IMG/VR virus record: IMGVR_UViG_3300031998_000018
Source: an uncultured virus (IMG/VR IMGVR_UViG_3300031998_000018)
Taxonomy: Duplodnaviria; Heunggongvirae; Uroviricota; Caudoviricetes
DNA length: 64,000 bases
Reading direction: 5' to 3' (one strand)
A model generated the notes under the pieces. The model was not told the origin of the DNA and did no database searches. It saw only the letters and a list, made by a program, of their open reading frames with translations. The translations under genes were made by a program, and so were the position numbers. The stretch's first letter is position 1, and every line of letters begins with the position of its first letter. Shown one piece after another: positions 12,801 to 25,403 of this stretch.

Positions 12801-14167
12801 CCACCAGTAGCACAACGTGGAGCACCACCAGCGACGTCAATGTTCCGACTATGAAAGCGATTAGTAGTTACGTTACAGGCTTGGGTTATACCACAAACAC
12901 TGGTACCGTTACTTCTGTTACTATCACGCAGGGCACTGGCATCACTGTATCTGATTCTGGTACCGCGATCACAACCTCCGGCACTCGGACCATTAGCCTG
13001 AACATGGCTTCAGCTACTGCCCTTGGCGGCGTAAAAGTTGGAGAGGGACTAAGCATAGTGGCTGCAAGTGGTGTGCTAAGCATTGATTCCACTGGTGCGG
13101 ATGAGGGTGAATATTTACAACGTGGGACGGACGGTTTCGAGTGGAGTACGCCTGCTAATTATTATCACACCACTGGTAGTTGGAATGGTTTAACATACAC
13201 GGCGACAGCAAACGGCGGCGCAGGAGCACTGGCGTTTACGATACCTACTGGCACCACGTCCACAACGGTAGCCAGGGGTGACCATACACATACGAATATG
13301 GTTACTGGATCAGGCTTAACCGCGAATTATTTTGCAGTAGGCAACGGCAATAGCGCAATTAAAATTTCCTCGATGTAGCCTGTGACCAGTAGTACAACAT
13401 GGAGCACTAGCAGTGACGTATATGTACCAACTATGAAGGCCATTAGCAGCTATGTCACTGGCCTTGGTTATACTACAAATACAGGTACTGTTATCGGATC
13501 CGGTTTGACGGCGGAATATTTTGTTGTTGGTAACGGTACTGTTAATGTTAAAATCTCGTCTATGCGTCCTTCTACGTCAGCGACGACCTGGTCAACTAGC
13601 AGTGATGTCTATGTACCTACCATGAAGGCGATCAGTAGCTATGTCACCGGATTGGGATACACGACTAATACCGGCACCGTCACTTCTGTGACCTTGACAT
13701 AGGGCACAGGGATCACAGTGTCTGATTCCGGTACAGCGATTACAACCTCAGGCACGAGAACTATTAGTTTAAATATGGCGTCGACGACCGCTCTGGGTGG
13801 TGTAAAGGTCGGAGAGGGCCTTAGTATTACTGCAGCCGGCGTACTCGCTATTGATGCTACTGGTGCTGACGAGGGTGAATATTTGCGCAGGGGGACGGAT
13901 GGATTTGAATGGGCCACCCCTACGGATACTAATAATGCTGTCACACAAACTGCGACGACAACCAATGCAGCGTACGAGGTTTTGTTTAGCAATACTGCGG
14001 ACAATACCACACGCACAGAGGGGGCGCGGAAAAATAGCAACCTGTTGTTCAATCCTTCGACGGGTACGATGAGCACTGTGATCTATACCATGATGGTAGG
14101 CACTACGGCTAAAGCACGCATGAATTATGACAGCACCGTCGGAGCAATTAAATTTACATTTGTGTAA
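9809..14167 (+). CDS. Long tail fibre protein 1, about 1452 aa (code 15)
   Basis: Track ORFs 9986, 10859, 11654, 12686, 13382 and 13718 share a frame; G/S/T-rich repeats, ALGGVKVG, GTVTSV and VNVQSDWN(TAG)...DYIKNKP motifs. Confidence 0.85.
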
Positions 14168-14179
14168 GAGAGGTGGAAC

Positions 14180-15931
14180 ATGGCTTTAAAAATTTGGATG
14201 CCATTCATTAGTGACACTGAAAATCAGGGCCTGTGCACCTCCGCCACGCTCCAGAAGACCGTTGACGCGTATACCGCGAATGCCAGCGGTAAACTGGGGG
14301 GCTGCTACTCGGGGTATGGTTTATACCATGCCCCGGCAGAGTTCCTGGGTAACCAATGGAGCGTAGCAGTCTGGGTAAGTGCCAATTCATTTGGATAGTA
14401 TAACAATATTATTTTTTGTAAAAATTTGGCTGCGAGCACAGACTGCTAGATTTATTGGTCGATAATATCAAACAATACTTATAACATCGGTGTGAATGGA
14501 CCGAGTGGCACGACGACATACTCATATACTTTTTCCACTAATACTTGGTATCATTTGGCCACGACCTACGATGGGGCTCGCATCAAAATGTATATCAATG
14601 GCGCGTTAGTTAAAGACGTGGCATATGCCTCAACATAGCCCTCAGGGCGTCTTAATTTCGGTTTGGGCGCACGTTCAGGTAATGAGGCGGGGACCAGTCC
14701 TAATGTGGCTGGCAACTGGAAATATAATGATTTCCGTTTGTATGACACGGTGATCTCCGATAAAGAGGTGGAAGAGTTAGCGCGCGGTTTGGTGCTGCAT
14801 TATAAGCTAGACGGGGGTATCATGCGAGGGGAAAATTTAATTGCGAATAGCGCACTGGGTAATACTTGGACCTATCCTAGTTCCTCATATTCTGATAAAT
14901 ATTCGCCCGTGACATTATCAATACCCGCCGGGGATGTGTATACCCTTTCTTTTGATGCTAAGTCTACGGTGGCGGGCGATATTATTCGGACACATTATTA
15001 TAGTCCAAATACCACTACTACCTGTATATCTAGCCAGGGTACTACGCGCACAGCGGGCGATGGTTATATGACCTTTAGACTCTCCACCGCCTGGGAAAGA
15101 TATTGGGTTACTTATTATTAGTCGTCGACCACAGCTGTGAAACATATTATCTGCCCACGTTTAATGAGTGGAGAGGGGTCGGGGTCGGTGTCGGTGAGGC
15201 ATGTTAAATTTGAAGAGGGCACGATAGCCACCCCGTGGTCTCCGGCGCCATCGGATGCTTCATATGACACGGCCTATAGTCGTAGAGTGTGTGATTGTTC
15301 GGGTTACAAGCACCATGGGATAATTAATGACACGGGTATTGTTGTGACTGTAGACACGGCCCGATATACGGAGAGTACGCAGAACAATCAGGCCTATAAC
15401 TCAGGGACGTATCCTCTCAGCGGTCCACTGGTCTTGAATGACATCGATCAAATTACGATTAGCCTATGGGCACGCCCGACCACTATGGGACACCAAGACA
15501 GCGGTATTTTTAGTACCACAGCGAGTAGTTTGCCAACGGACTATCAGACCACCGTTTGTAATCATTATGATGGCTATCTAGCCTGCTGCAATACTTCGGG
15601 TACCGTAGTCAGGTTAAGCGTTGGCGGTCAGTTCACACTAAACGAATGGCATCTGTATACGTTTACATACGATGGGGCCAACGTGCGCTTCTATAAAGAC
15701 GGGGTACTTAAGACCTCTGCCGCACAGTCCGGCAAATTAAAGCCGATCACACAAATTTTCCCGTTCTATTCTAAGGCGGGCGGCGCTAACCGCACAACCT
15801 CGGGCTGTTTAAGTGATGTGCGTGTGTATGTTACGGTGCTATCAGATAAACAAGTTCTAGAACTGTACAACGAAAGTACAGCGATTGACCGTTCTGGTAC
15901 ATATTATACAAGGGAGTTGATTGAACAATGA
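14180..15931 (+). CDS. LamG/concanavalin-A-like receptor-binding protein 1 (code 15)
   Basis: ORFs 14180/14663/15137 in frame; [10 protein letters not shown]...FYKDG and DVRVY motifs. Confidence 0.8.
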
Positions 15932-16509
15932 ATGGTTTAGATATGACGCGTACGGGCCTCTCTTGCGCCAATCGCTTTCAAGAGTTATATGAAGATCAGA
16001 ATGGCAACAGATTCATGCTTTTGCTCTGGCATGATAATAAACAAGGCGCACAATTATTTACGTCGTCTAATGCGACGCGCAATGAAGAGCCGGGCCTGTT
16101 TTCTCGCATTTATTTGCTGGAAAGCGCGCCCGCGCTCTTCCAAACAGATGGTAAATTTGAATTTATTGCTTTAATGCCCGATGATAATGATCTGATATAT
16201 CGTTGGACACAGACATCGAATCCTATGACCACCACCAGTGTATCGGGATTTACGAATATCTCGAATAGTACTGCCGGGCTGTCAAAATATAATAGTAACA
16301 CATATTTACGCACGCAGGCAACATGGTGGGGGGCGGTTGGATGTTGGACCGCATACACACAAGGTGGCCGCCGTGGTATCCCCGGCTTCGGAGGAAATAG
16401 CGACGCCAATGTGTGTACGGGTTTAATGTTGTTATATGCCAAGATCAATGAGAAAGCGGTTTGGGAATTCCCCACGTTATTACTGGTCCATGAATTTCAA
16501 GAATATTAA
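15928..16509 (+). CDS. Small fibre-associated protein (cassette 1)
   Basis: ATGA coupling; C-terminus HEFQEY parallels FEFMEY of 20346..21029. Confidence 0.65.
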   Translation: MNGLDMTRTGLSCANRFQELYEDQNGNRFMLLLWHDNKQGAQLFTSSNATRNEEPGLFSRIYLLESAPALFQTDGKFEFIALMPDDNDLIYRWTQTSNPMTTTSVSGFTNISNSTAGLSKYNSNTYLRTQATWWGAVGCWTAYTQGGRRGIPGFGGNSDANVCTGLMLLYAKINEKAVWEFPTLLLVHEFQEY

Positions 16510-16563
16510 AGTTGATTTTTCGGGTACATGCCCTTATAATATAATAAATAAGGAGATGACACA

Positions 16564-18675
16564 ATGGCATAGTTAAAAGATTTACTGGTTAATGGCGATG
16601 CCAAGTTTTTAGCAAATGCCATGTTAGACCATGATCCCACCCTTAATCTTGAGGCCGCAACGAAGCATTATGTGGACTAGGCGGTTACCGGCACTATCAC
16701 AGGATCGGGTACTAGCGGATATTTAGTCAAGTGGAACGGTGGTAGTTCTATTACGAACGGGCCATAGTTGGGTAGCGATGCCACTAAGTTCTTAAACAAT
16801 GCAGGAGGCTGGACTGTGCCTGCCGGTACCACTTATTCCGCAGGCACTGGATTAACTTTATCTGGTACGGCATTTTCTTTAAATACCGCTAGTACATCCG
16901 CCCTTGGTGGAATAAAAGTGGGTGAAGGACTAGCGATTAATTCTGGTAATAGTATACTTAGCATTGATTCCACTGGGGCCAATGAAGGTGATTATTTTGT
17001 GCGCGGCACCGATGGATTTGAATGGCATGCGTTGCCCATCAAGTTAAAAACCTATAGTGGCTCGTTATCCGGCAATGGTTGGGCTACACTTCAGGGGCGC
17101 AGCAGTAGTGGTGGCGTTTTAACCGTGGCATATAATAATAGCGCCGCTACTTGGAACAGTGGAACTTATTCTGCCTCATTAGTCTTTGGCTCTAGTGATA
17201 CCAAAGGCTTAGTTGATATGGCTTATAATACTCCGATAGTAACATTCGGCGGAGCTTCTACGGGCGGTAGTACAGATGCAGCCCCTACCTGGTATATGAA
17301 ATTACAAGGTACCAATGGGTGTACCTATACTCTTCCTTCATCTACAAGTACTCTAGGTACCGTAACTTCTGTTACTATAACACAGGGTACGGGCATCACC
17401 GTGAGTGATTCTGGCACAGCGATTACCTCTTCAGGCACACGAACAATTTCTGTTACCTCGGCAAATGTTAGCACCATGATGAACTTGCTTAGTGAAGGGT
17501 CGTCTAATGCGACAAGGAATGACTATATTATTGCTTAGTATGCCGGTGGCGGAACTTCGACTACTACGTATCATCGCAGAAAACTTTCCAACATTTTTGC
17601 TGCTCTAAATTCTTCGGACATTACGACAGCTCTCGGCTATACGCCCTACAACTCTACGAACCCCAATGGTTATACGTCCAACACTGGTACCGTTACTTCT
17701 GTTGGTTTTTCAGGGGGCACAGGTATTAGTTTGAGCGGTAATACTACAATTAATACATCGGGCACCGTTACAATTACCAACTCCGGCGTTGTCGGTATCA
17801 AAATTGGCGGCTCTTCTGCTACAGCGTAGACGGGCACTGTTATTTTCAACGCATTCAGCGGCACGGATGGCGATAGTGCAGGAACGATTGGGCTGGTGCC
17901 GGCTCCCCCAGCGACGACCGCGAAGCAATTTTTAACTAACCAGGGTACCTGGGGCGTTATTAGCGCCTCTGATATTCCAACCTTGGGCTATTTGCCTTTA
18001 ACCGGAGGCACTCTGACGCCACCCGCGAACTCGGGATCGCGCGCTCCATTGGTGATTGACTGCAGTGCAATGACTAGCACTGCATGGACAGAAGGTATTC
18101 GTATTAAGCCTGCGACCAATGGTTGGACTTCAATTATGTTGTGTGGGACAGATAATACAACTACAAACAATAGTTCGGCCAATTCTTGGTCGATGCACAC
18201 ATATTCGGGCTCTTTCTATTTAAGCCGCAATGGCAGTAATACCGCAACAACCAGGTTGGAATGTGCCAGCAATCAGTGGGGGTTATATTCCAATTAGTCC
18301 ACAGTATTAAACCTCAGCACTACCAACACGACCAATGGCTATCAAATGTTGATTAGTTGTTTGGCTCCCAGCCTACCTGCTAGTACCACTGCGTCTTTAG
18401 GTAATATGGGCATACGTTTTGGTAAAGCTTCCTCTGAATATAATAGCGGCAATATTTGTTTTCACCAAAACGTCGCTAGCAGCGCCACTAATTTTATTAG
18501 TTTGGGCCTGCATACGCATAACCATATTTTAATTGTTAATGGCCAAGAACGTGTGGGAATTAAAAATACCGCGCCTATTTCAGAGCTTGACGTCACTGGC
18601 GGTATCTCCTGGTCGTCTAAGGCGACTTCACAATATAATGCCACTGACGATTGTGTTGAATTTGTCTTTGTGTAA
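16564..18675 (+). CDS. Tail fibre protein 2, about 703 aa (code 15)
   Basis: Starts MA(TAG)LKDLLV; ORFs 16768/17896/18346 in frame; shares repeats with fibre 1. Confidence 0.85.
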
Positions 18676-18687
18676 GGAGGGAGTTAA

Positions 18688-20349
18688 ATGAGCTTACAAG
18701 TTTGGCTCCCCCTTACGGGGACCCTCGTTTAGCAGGGGTTGTCTAATGTTGCCGCAACCAATACCGGATGTACCGTAGCTGGTGGTGGCAAGTTAGGATC
18801 CTGTTATTCTTTTAATGGCAGCAGCAATTATTTGGCGGTTAATGTTACTTATACCGGTGATAGCTACTCCTATTGCTGCTGGGCATATTTTACTAAATTT
18901 AATGTCCATTTAATGGACGCACGTAATAGTTCCGGGGTTGGCGATTAGCCCATGTATGTATCTGCTAGTGGCGTGCAGCTCGGGGGAAGCGCCACTAGCT
19001 TTCAAACTATTTCTTATAGTTTTTCGACCAATACCTGGTATCATCTGGCTGTCGTTTAGAATAGTGCGGGGGGTAGTTTATACGTCAATGGCACATTGAT
19101 TTCGACCATAGCCGCAGCTAAAGGATACAATTATAATGGTGTGCGTGAATTGCGCATCGGTACTCGATATAGTGGTGCCAATTGGTTTGGTGGTCTAGTT
19201 AATGATGTGCGTTTTTATGATCATGCGCTTTCTGTTAAAGAGGTTCGTGAACTCTCTAAGGCCCTGGTGGTGCATTATAAATTAGACGATCCATACGTCG
19301 AGGGCACGACCAATTATTTAACGGCGGCAGGATCGTGTGCTAATTGGCGAAACTACACTGCAAGCACTTGGGCCACGTCTATTGATAGTACTTGCGCCAT
19401 TGGTAATTATGTTATCACCTATAGCGCATATATTAAAAACAATACAAATGTATCTGTGCGCGTGAGGTGCTCGCCTTTATACGTGGCGGGTAGCTATGGT
19501 ACGGTCTATGGAAATTGGATCGCGCCGGGTGGCCAGGGCTGGTCTAGTGTAACCTGCGATATATCAAACAGTGACACATATACGGGTAGTTTTTATCCAT
19601 ATGTGGCCACGAGTATTGCGGGCACCATACCTGACATGCCAAACTTTCAGGTTTTACATGCGCAAGCCGAACGCAATGATCACCGGACAGCCTGGACGCT
19701 GGGTGGGACGACAAGAGCGGCTGATACAACAGTTTATGATTGTTCGGGATATCACAAAAATGGAACAGTCTTAAATAGTATTTCTATAAATACCGCGACA
19801 GGGCGTTACGGCGCGAGTGTGATATTCAATGGTACTAATGCCAAAATTCGTCTTCCTACAATTAACTTCTCAGGAATGGCAAATAGCTATACATTCGCCT
19901 GGTGGCAATATAATAAGGGGTCGGGGAACATGCCGTGGGGTTTTTCAGATGGCAACCGCTTAAATGTGTATCATACCAGTCCCCTGTGTTGGAACACGGG
20001 CGATGGATCTTCGAACCAATTCAAAGATGGTAGTACGACCGTGCCATACAGCGCGGTGCAAAACGCATGGCATCATATGGCAGTTACTGGAGACGGCACA
20101 TATGCCAAGCTATATATAGACGGGGTTTATCGAGGCACCGCCACAACCTACAAGGCTATTACCGGCACACAAATTTATCTTAGCGGTTGGGACACAGGTA
20201 CCAATTATACTTTTAATGGTAGTAAGGAATCCGACTTCCGCATCTATGCAACCGCATTAAGTGCTGCAGATGTTGCGGAGTTATATCATACGGAAGTCGC
20301 CGTAGATCGTAATGGATCTACGTTGGCACGAGAGGTGGTGGAGGTATGA
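18688..20349 (+). CDS. LamG-like receptor-binding protein 2 (code 15)
   Basis: Paralog of 14180..15931 (LVVHYKLD, DCSGY, WHHMAVT, DFRIYATALS). Confidence 0.8.
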
Positions 20350-21029
20350 GCAACTTAAATATTACCCATACTGGGCAGCTACGTGCTGATACTGCTTTTC
20401 CCAGATATCTCGTAAATAATTTCACACAAAGTGGTACTACGACAGGGTGGTCATTTGGTGGTACTAGCACTCTCAGTAATGGTGTTGTGACCTTAACAGG
20501 GGTTAATCCCGGTATTTCGTGCACTAGTTTTACTGTAAATGCTCACGATATTATTTGTGCAGAATTTACAGTGGCCTTACCCACGCCAAGCACATCTAGT
20601 GGTGCCGCAGGACTATATTTAGGAACTACATATGGATAGTCAGTATATGTACATTCATTTAATGTATCCACTCATATATGGACTGCTGCGACTTCCACAA
20701 ATACTAACCCATATTTTTTAGTCCATTATAATTCTTCTACTATCTTACGTTTAAAGAATTATATTCTTGGTACAGCAGTTAGCTTAAGTGACGTGCCGTG
20801 GGGAGAGACTACAGACACTTCTTGCCCGCCACGAGCGATTCAGCTTACAGGCTCCCTTACTTCAACAGCTTTACGGTCGGGGTACAATACTAATACCTCA
20901 ATGGTTATTACTTTTTGTAATCCTCGGGTGTATAATATTAACCAAAGCGGATATTACGAGGCAGACGATATTACCCGTGCCAAGTTTGGGAACAACTGGG
21001 TCAACAGTTTTGAATTTATGGAATATTAA
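20346..21029 (+). CDS. Small fibre-associated protein (cassette 2) (code 15)
   Basis: ORFs 20346 and 20793 in frame across TAG. Confidence 0.7.
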
Positions 21030-21041
21030 CAAGGAGGAAGC

Positions 21042-24000
21042 ATGGCACAATTAAAAGATTTATTAGTGTCCGGGCCAACCCGGCTACTAAATGATTTATA
21101 TGTACAAAACAGTATCTAGGTCACAACGGGCATCAAGATTGGGAGCGCCAATGAATTAAAGTCATTTGGTACAGGACTCTCACTTAGTAGCGCAGGCGTG
21201 CTTAGTGCTAGTAATAATGGCACAGTCACTCAAATTGTCGCGGGGACCGGACTTACTGGTGGAACAATCACAACAAGTGGAACCATTGCAGTAAATTTTG
21301 CTGGTACGGGTTCTGCCACTACTGTCGCGCGAAGCGACCATACACATTCCTATCTCCCATTATCTGGCGGGACAATGACGGGCACGCTAACAGCAAAGGC
21401 CAATGTATATGATGATACATATACTGGCGCGCTGAATATGGCAAACTCCAATATTTATGGATTAAATGCGATTTATTTTGCAGATGCCTCAGAAGCAGCA
21501 TCAGAAGGTATTCACTTTTATCGTTCAGGATCTGTAGTTGATTCTCTTTATGCCAAAAGCGGTAAGCTATATTTTACTCCCAATCGAACATTAGGCCAAG
21601 CGGGTACTGATTATGAAGTCATAACGACTCTTAATTATATTTCTAATTTTTAGACCAACAATCCCATTTATTTTGATATCGATAATAAATTATCATTAAA
21701 ATTAAGGGATGGAGCGCCTTTATAGATTGAACCCGAAGACGGATCTTTAACCGTAATTACAGGTACGGTTTCAGGCACTGTTGCTACTGGAAATCATACT
21801 CACTCCGATTATGTACCCTTCAAAGCGAAAAATAGTGGCAATACTGCACAGTTTGCTAGATATAACAATTTAACGCAAAGGTATGAGGGTGGAACTAGTA
21901 ATCATTTTATGATTACTATACCATCCACCACTGCCTGGATTGAATTTAGTATTGAACTTTCGTTACATGATTATAACAGTTCCAATCTTAGATATTCTAA
22001 GATCCTAATAACTGGTCTACATAACTCTACATCTCCGTATACTATATAGAAATTAACAGCAACAGTATCAGGCACTGCAGTAACAAGTATAACCAATCTT
22101 TCTGGAATATCTATACGTGGAAAAACGGATACTAATGGGAAGATTTATTTATATCTTGTTGGAGATACAACTTATAAGACTTTAAGTGTAGATAATCTAC
22201 TCGTTGCTGATGGCATAGTTGGTACTGATATTAGTGCAGTATCTATATCAACTTATACTGATATACCAGCAGATACTTATGCAGCCACTATGTAGTATTG
22301 TTATAATCCAATGACCGCCGCTAATGATCTTATTATTGGCGGTACTAGTGGAGCGCCTGCTCGTTTAGCTAAGGGAAGCAATGGTCAATGGTTAGGTATC
22401 AATACTTCAGGTAATCTCGCATGGCTTAATGGGCCTTCTTCTTATACTGCATCTGATCCTATTACTATCGATACAACTAATCATAATGCTATTGGACTTA
22501 GATATGCAGATGGTTTGGTTTTAGCTGAAGATACTTTAACAGTTAATTTTGCTGGTAATGGTTCTGCTACTACTGTTGCGCGAAGTGACCATACACATTC
22601 ATATTTACCACTAACTGGTGGTACGCTTGCCCGATCTTCGGCTACGACCGCGGCCGTTTTAACAGTTAATCAAACTTACGCTACTGCAACGACTTGGATT
22701 TCAGGAATTGATATTTATGCTCCTTCATTGTCGCCCAATTCTGCTGATACTTCGAGTAATTTTGCAGCTATAAATTTTGGGAGAACATCAGCGGCCTATA
22801 TGTCAGGGAATTTAACTTTTCATTATACCAGTAGCTCAACACCTGCGAGTAACTGGATTTCCCTAGGTCTTAATAGTCACGATCATATTTTAAATATTAC
22901 TGGGTCGCATTATGTGGGTATTAATCAAACCGCCCCCACCGCTCCGCTTGAAGTAACACAGAAAACTGCAGCCTCTGGAGCTGTATTAAAACTAACTTCA
23001 CTATATACGGCCGGCTCAGCGGGCTGGGGCACTGGTGTGTATTTTATGATGCCTAATGCTGCCGCCAATTCGAATATGTCGATTTTAGAGGGCGGCGTTA
23101 CAGGCTCAACAAATAATTCTGCATCTTTTCAATTTCATTATATTTCTAGCGGTTCTACTTCGAATTATGCGAGCTATAGTTTATATGATAATGATGATAT
23201 CTTGTGTTATACAGGTACTCGTCGTGTGGGTATAAATACCACGTCGCCTGGATACACATTGGATGTTTCAGGTACAATCAATGCCTCTAGTACTATTTCT
23301 GTAGCAGGGCGCAATGTATTGCGTACGTTTGGGGGCACTGATGGCGAGACCGTGGGTTATGATGGCTTGGTCCCTAGCCCCGGGACCAATGCGGGGTATG
23401 TCTTAACGAGTGATAGTGGTTGGGGGCGCATTTCTGACAGCTATTTAACCGGGCGCCTAACGATGGCTCACATGCCTGTTGGTACCAATGGCCAAGTTTT
23501 AATAGCCAAGGGGACGAGTACAAGCCCTGCCTGGGGCAATTTAACAGTATCACTTGCGAAGACTGGCACGGCCAATATTGATTTAAGCAGTAACACGACT
23601 TATACGCTAACGGTCGGCAATTCCACATATGCCTTTAAAACGCCCGTAGATAATGTGGGCCCCTGCCTGATTGAGGGTACTAAGATTTTAATGGCCGATA
23701 ACACTGAAAAAAATATCGAAGATGTGGTTGAAGGGGATTTAATCAAATCTTATGATCCTAGCACCGGACAATTATGTGAAGCAATTGTTATTGCTAACCG
23801 TGAGACAGGGCGCTCTAACGACTATGTCAATTATTACTTTGAAGATGGCTCTTTCTTGACTATTTTTGGGGACCACTTGCTATATAGCGCTAATGAAGGT
23901 ACTGCAAGAATTAACACTGCTTGGGAGCCAGGATGGACTGGTATTAATGCCAATGGTGAAGAAGTTGCGTTTATTGGCACTGAAGATGTTAGCGGTGTGG

Positions 24001-24545
24001 GTCATAAACGTCATTATGACTTACATAGTTCTAACAAATTATATTATGCTAATGGCATTCTCAACGCGCAGAGCTTAACATCTGACTACACTCGCTTCTT
24101 TAATCCTGACTGGCCCGAATCTTACAAAGCTGCCCTGAAAGAAGATTATGATATTTCCGTGGCTGTTAACTAGCACAAAACCAATCATAAAGTGGGCGCA
24201 TAGATGGTGCCTATCCTTAAAGAATTAAAGAAACAAAAAAGGCTCATGGATGACAACAAAAAGCTTCTTGCTGATAGTGACTATATTGTTAGTAAATTCA
24301 CAGAAGGGCTTATTAGTGCTACTGAGTGGCTCAAAGCCAAAGCTAATCGTGCTAGTTGGCGCCAACTCGTAAATGACGCCGAAACTGCTTATAACGCTGC
24401 AAAAGCACGGTATAGCCAGTTTAAATCTCAATTTAATCCTTCTACCACAAGAAGTGAACGTTTTGCCGCTGCTGTTGCTCGTGATAATGCCTGTCTGAAT
24501 GATCTCAAAGCTTACTATGCAAACCTAAGAAAAGGAGGTAATTAA
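21042..24545 (+). CDS. Tail fibre protein 3 with C-terminal Hint domain and helical tail, about 1167 aa (code 15)
   Basis: MAQLKDLLV start; ORFs 21198/22311/24204 in frame with only TAG breaks; YLPLSGGTM and ARSDHTH motifs; CLIEGTKILMAD...YYANGIL Hint signature. Confidence 0.85.
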
Positions 24546-24546
24546 A

Positions 24547-25368
24547 ATGTTCCAAATTCCTGGTGGCGTCGTGCCTTCTACACCCGACGTCCGTGACTAC
24601 AAACTCAAACGATCAATTTGTGCCTCCGTCAACTACCCACTCGAATTCTCCCTCAATACTGTCCCGGTAAAAAATCAAGGAGTGCGTCCCACCTGTGTAG
24701 CGCACGCCTCCTCGACAATTACAGAATATTACTATAGTGAGCAACACGAAGACTACCAGTCCTTCAGCACTAACTGGATCTACGGTATTCGGGATGTTGG
24801 CTACTACCAAGGCAACGGCATGGCACTGCGCGATGCCCTCAACACTCTCCTTCACTACGGAGTGCCTTATGAGTGTGACTGCCCAGGCAACTACGAAGTA
24901 GAAAAAGCCAAAGAAACAGTCGCCGCCAAACGTTCAGAACTCGAACCTAAAGCCTATCCACATCGTATCACCAAGTACTTCCGCCTCGATGACATCAAAG
25001 AGATGAAGCGGGCATTATCTGCGCACGGCTACATCCTAGCTTCAATGAATGTGCGCGAAGGTGATCACCTCGTCAACTTCATGTGGACTACCGACTTAGA
25101 TGCCAAAGTTACTGGCGCTCATGCCATCACCATCTATGGTTGGAACGAATTTGGCTGGCTCGCGCAGAACTCATGGGGAAGCGGCTGGGGTGATAAGGGT
25201 AGATTCATTATTCCTTATGACTTCCAACTCAATGAAGTATGGGGAACTGAGGATACTTTAGTGGAAGCTGAAGATGATCTTGAGAGGCCATACAACACAA
25301 AGATTGGTCGATTCTTTGCGAAGATATTCAACTTAATACTCAATTGGGTATCCTCGATTAAAAGATAA
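24547..25368 (+). CDS. Papain-like C1 cysteine peptidase
   Basis: NQGVRPTCVAHA (Gln/Cys), HAITIYGW (His), NSWG (Asn). Confidence 0.85.
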   Translation: MFQIPGGVVPSTPDVRDYKLKRSICASVNYPLEFSLNTVPVKNQGVRPTCVAHASSTITEYYYSEQHEDYQSFSTNWIYGIRDVGYYQGNGMALRDALNTLLHYGVPYECDCPGNYEVEKAKETVAAKRSELEPKAYPHRITKYFRLDDIKEMKRALSAHGYILASMNVREGDHLVNFMWTTDLDAKVTGAHAITIYGWNEFGWLAQNSWGSGWGDKGRFIIPYDFQLNEVWGTEDTLVEAEDDLERPYNTKIGRFFAKIFNLILNWVSSIKR

Positions 25369-25369
25369 T

Positions 25370-25402
25370 AAAAAGCCCCTCGGTTAATACCGAGGGGTAT
25401 TT
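25370..25402. terminator. Bidirectional terminator
   Basis: CCCCTCGGT/ACCGAGGGG stem between convergent genes. Confidence 0.7.
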
Positions 25403-25403
25403 C

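Noticed and set aside
23664..24072. Canonical splicing intein with homing endonuclease
   Set aside because: No LAGLIDADG motifs and no terminal His-Asn followed by Cys/Ser/Thr; treated as a Hint cleavage domain
1..24545. Mass pseudogenisation of tail genes
   Set aside because: Breaks are TAG only, frames are preserved and a CTA tRNA is present; recoding explains them (except the 3640 frameshift)
7883..24545. Diversity-generating retroelement or shufflon
   Set aside because: Mtd_N domains are present, but I saw no reverse transcriptase, no TR/VR pair differing at adenines, and no invertase or inverted cassettes in the window
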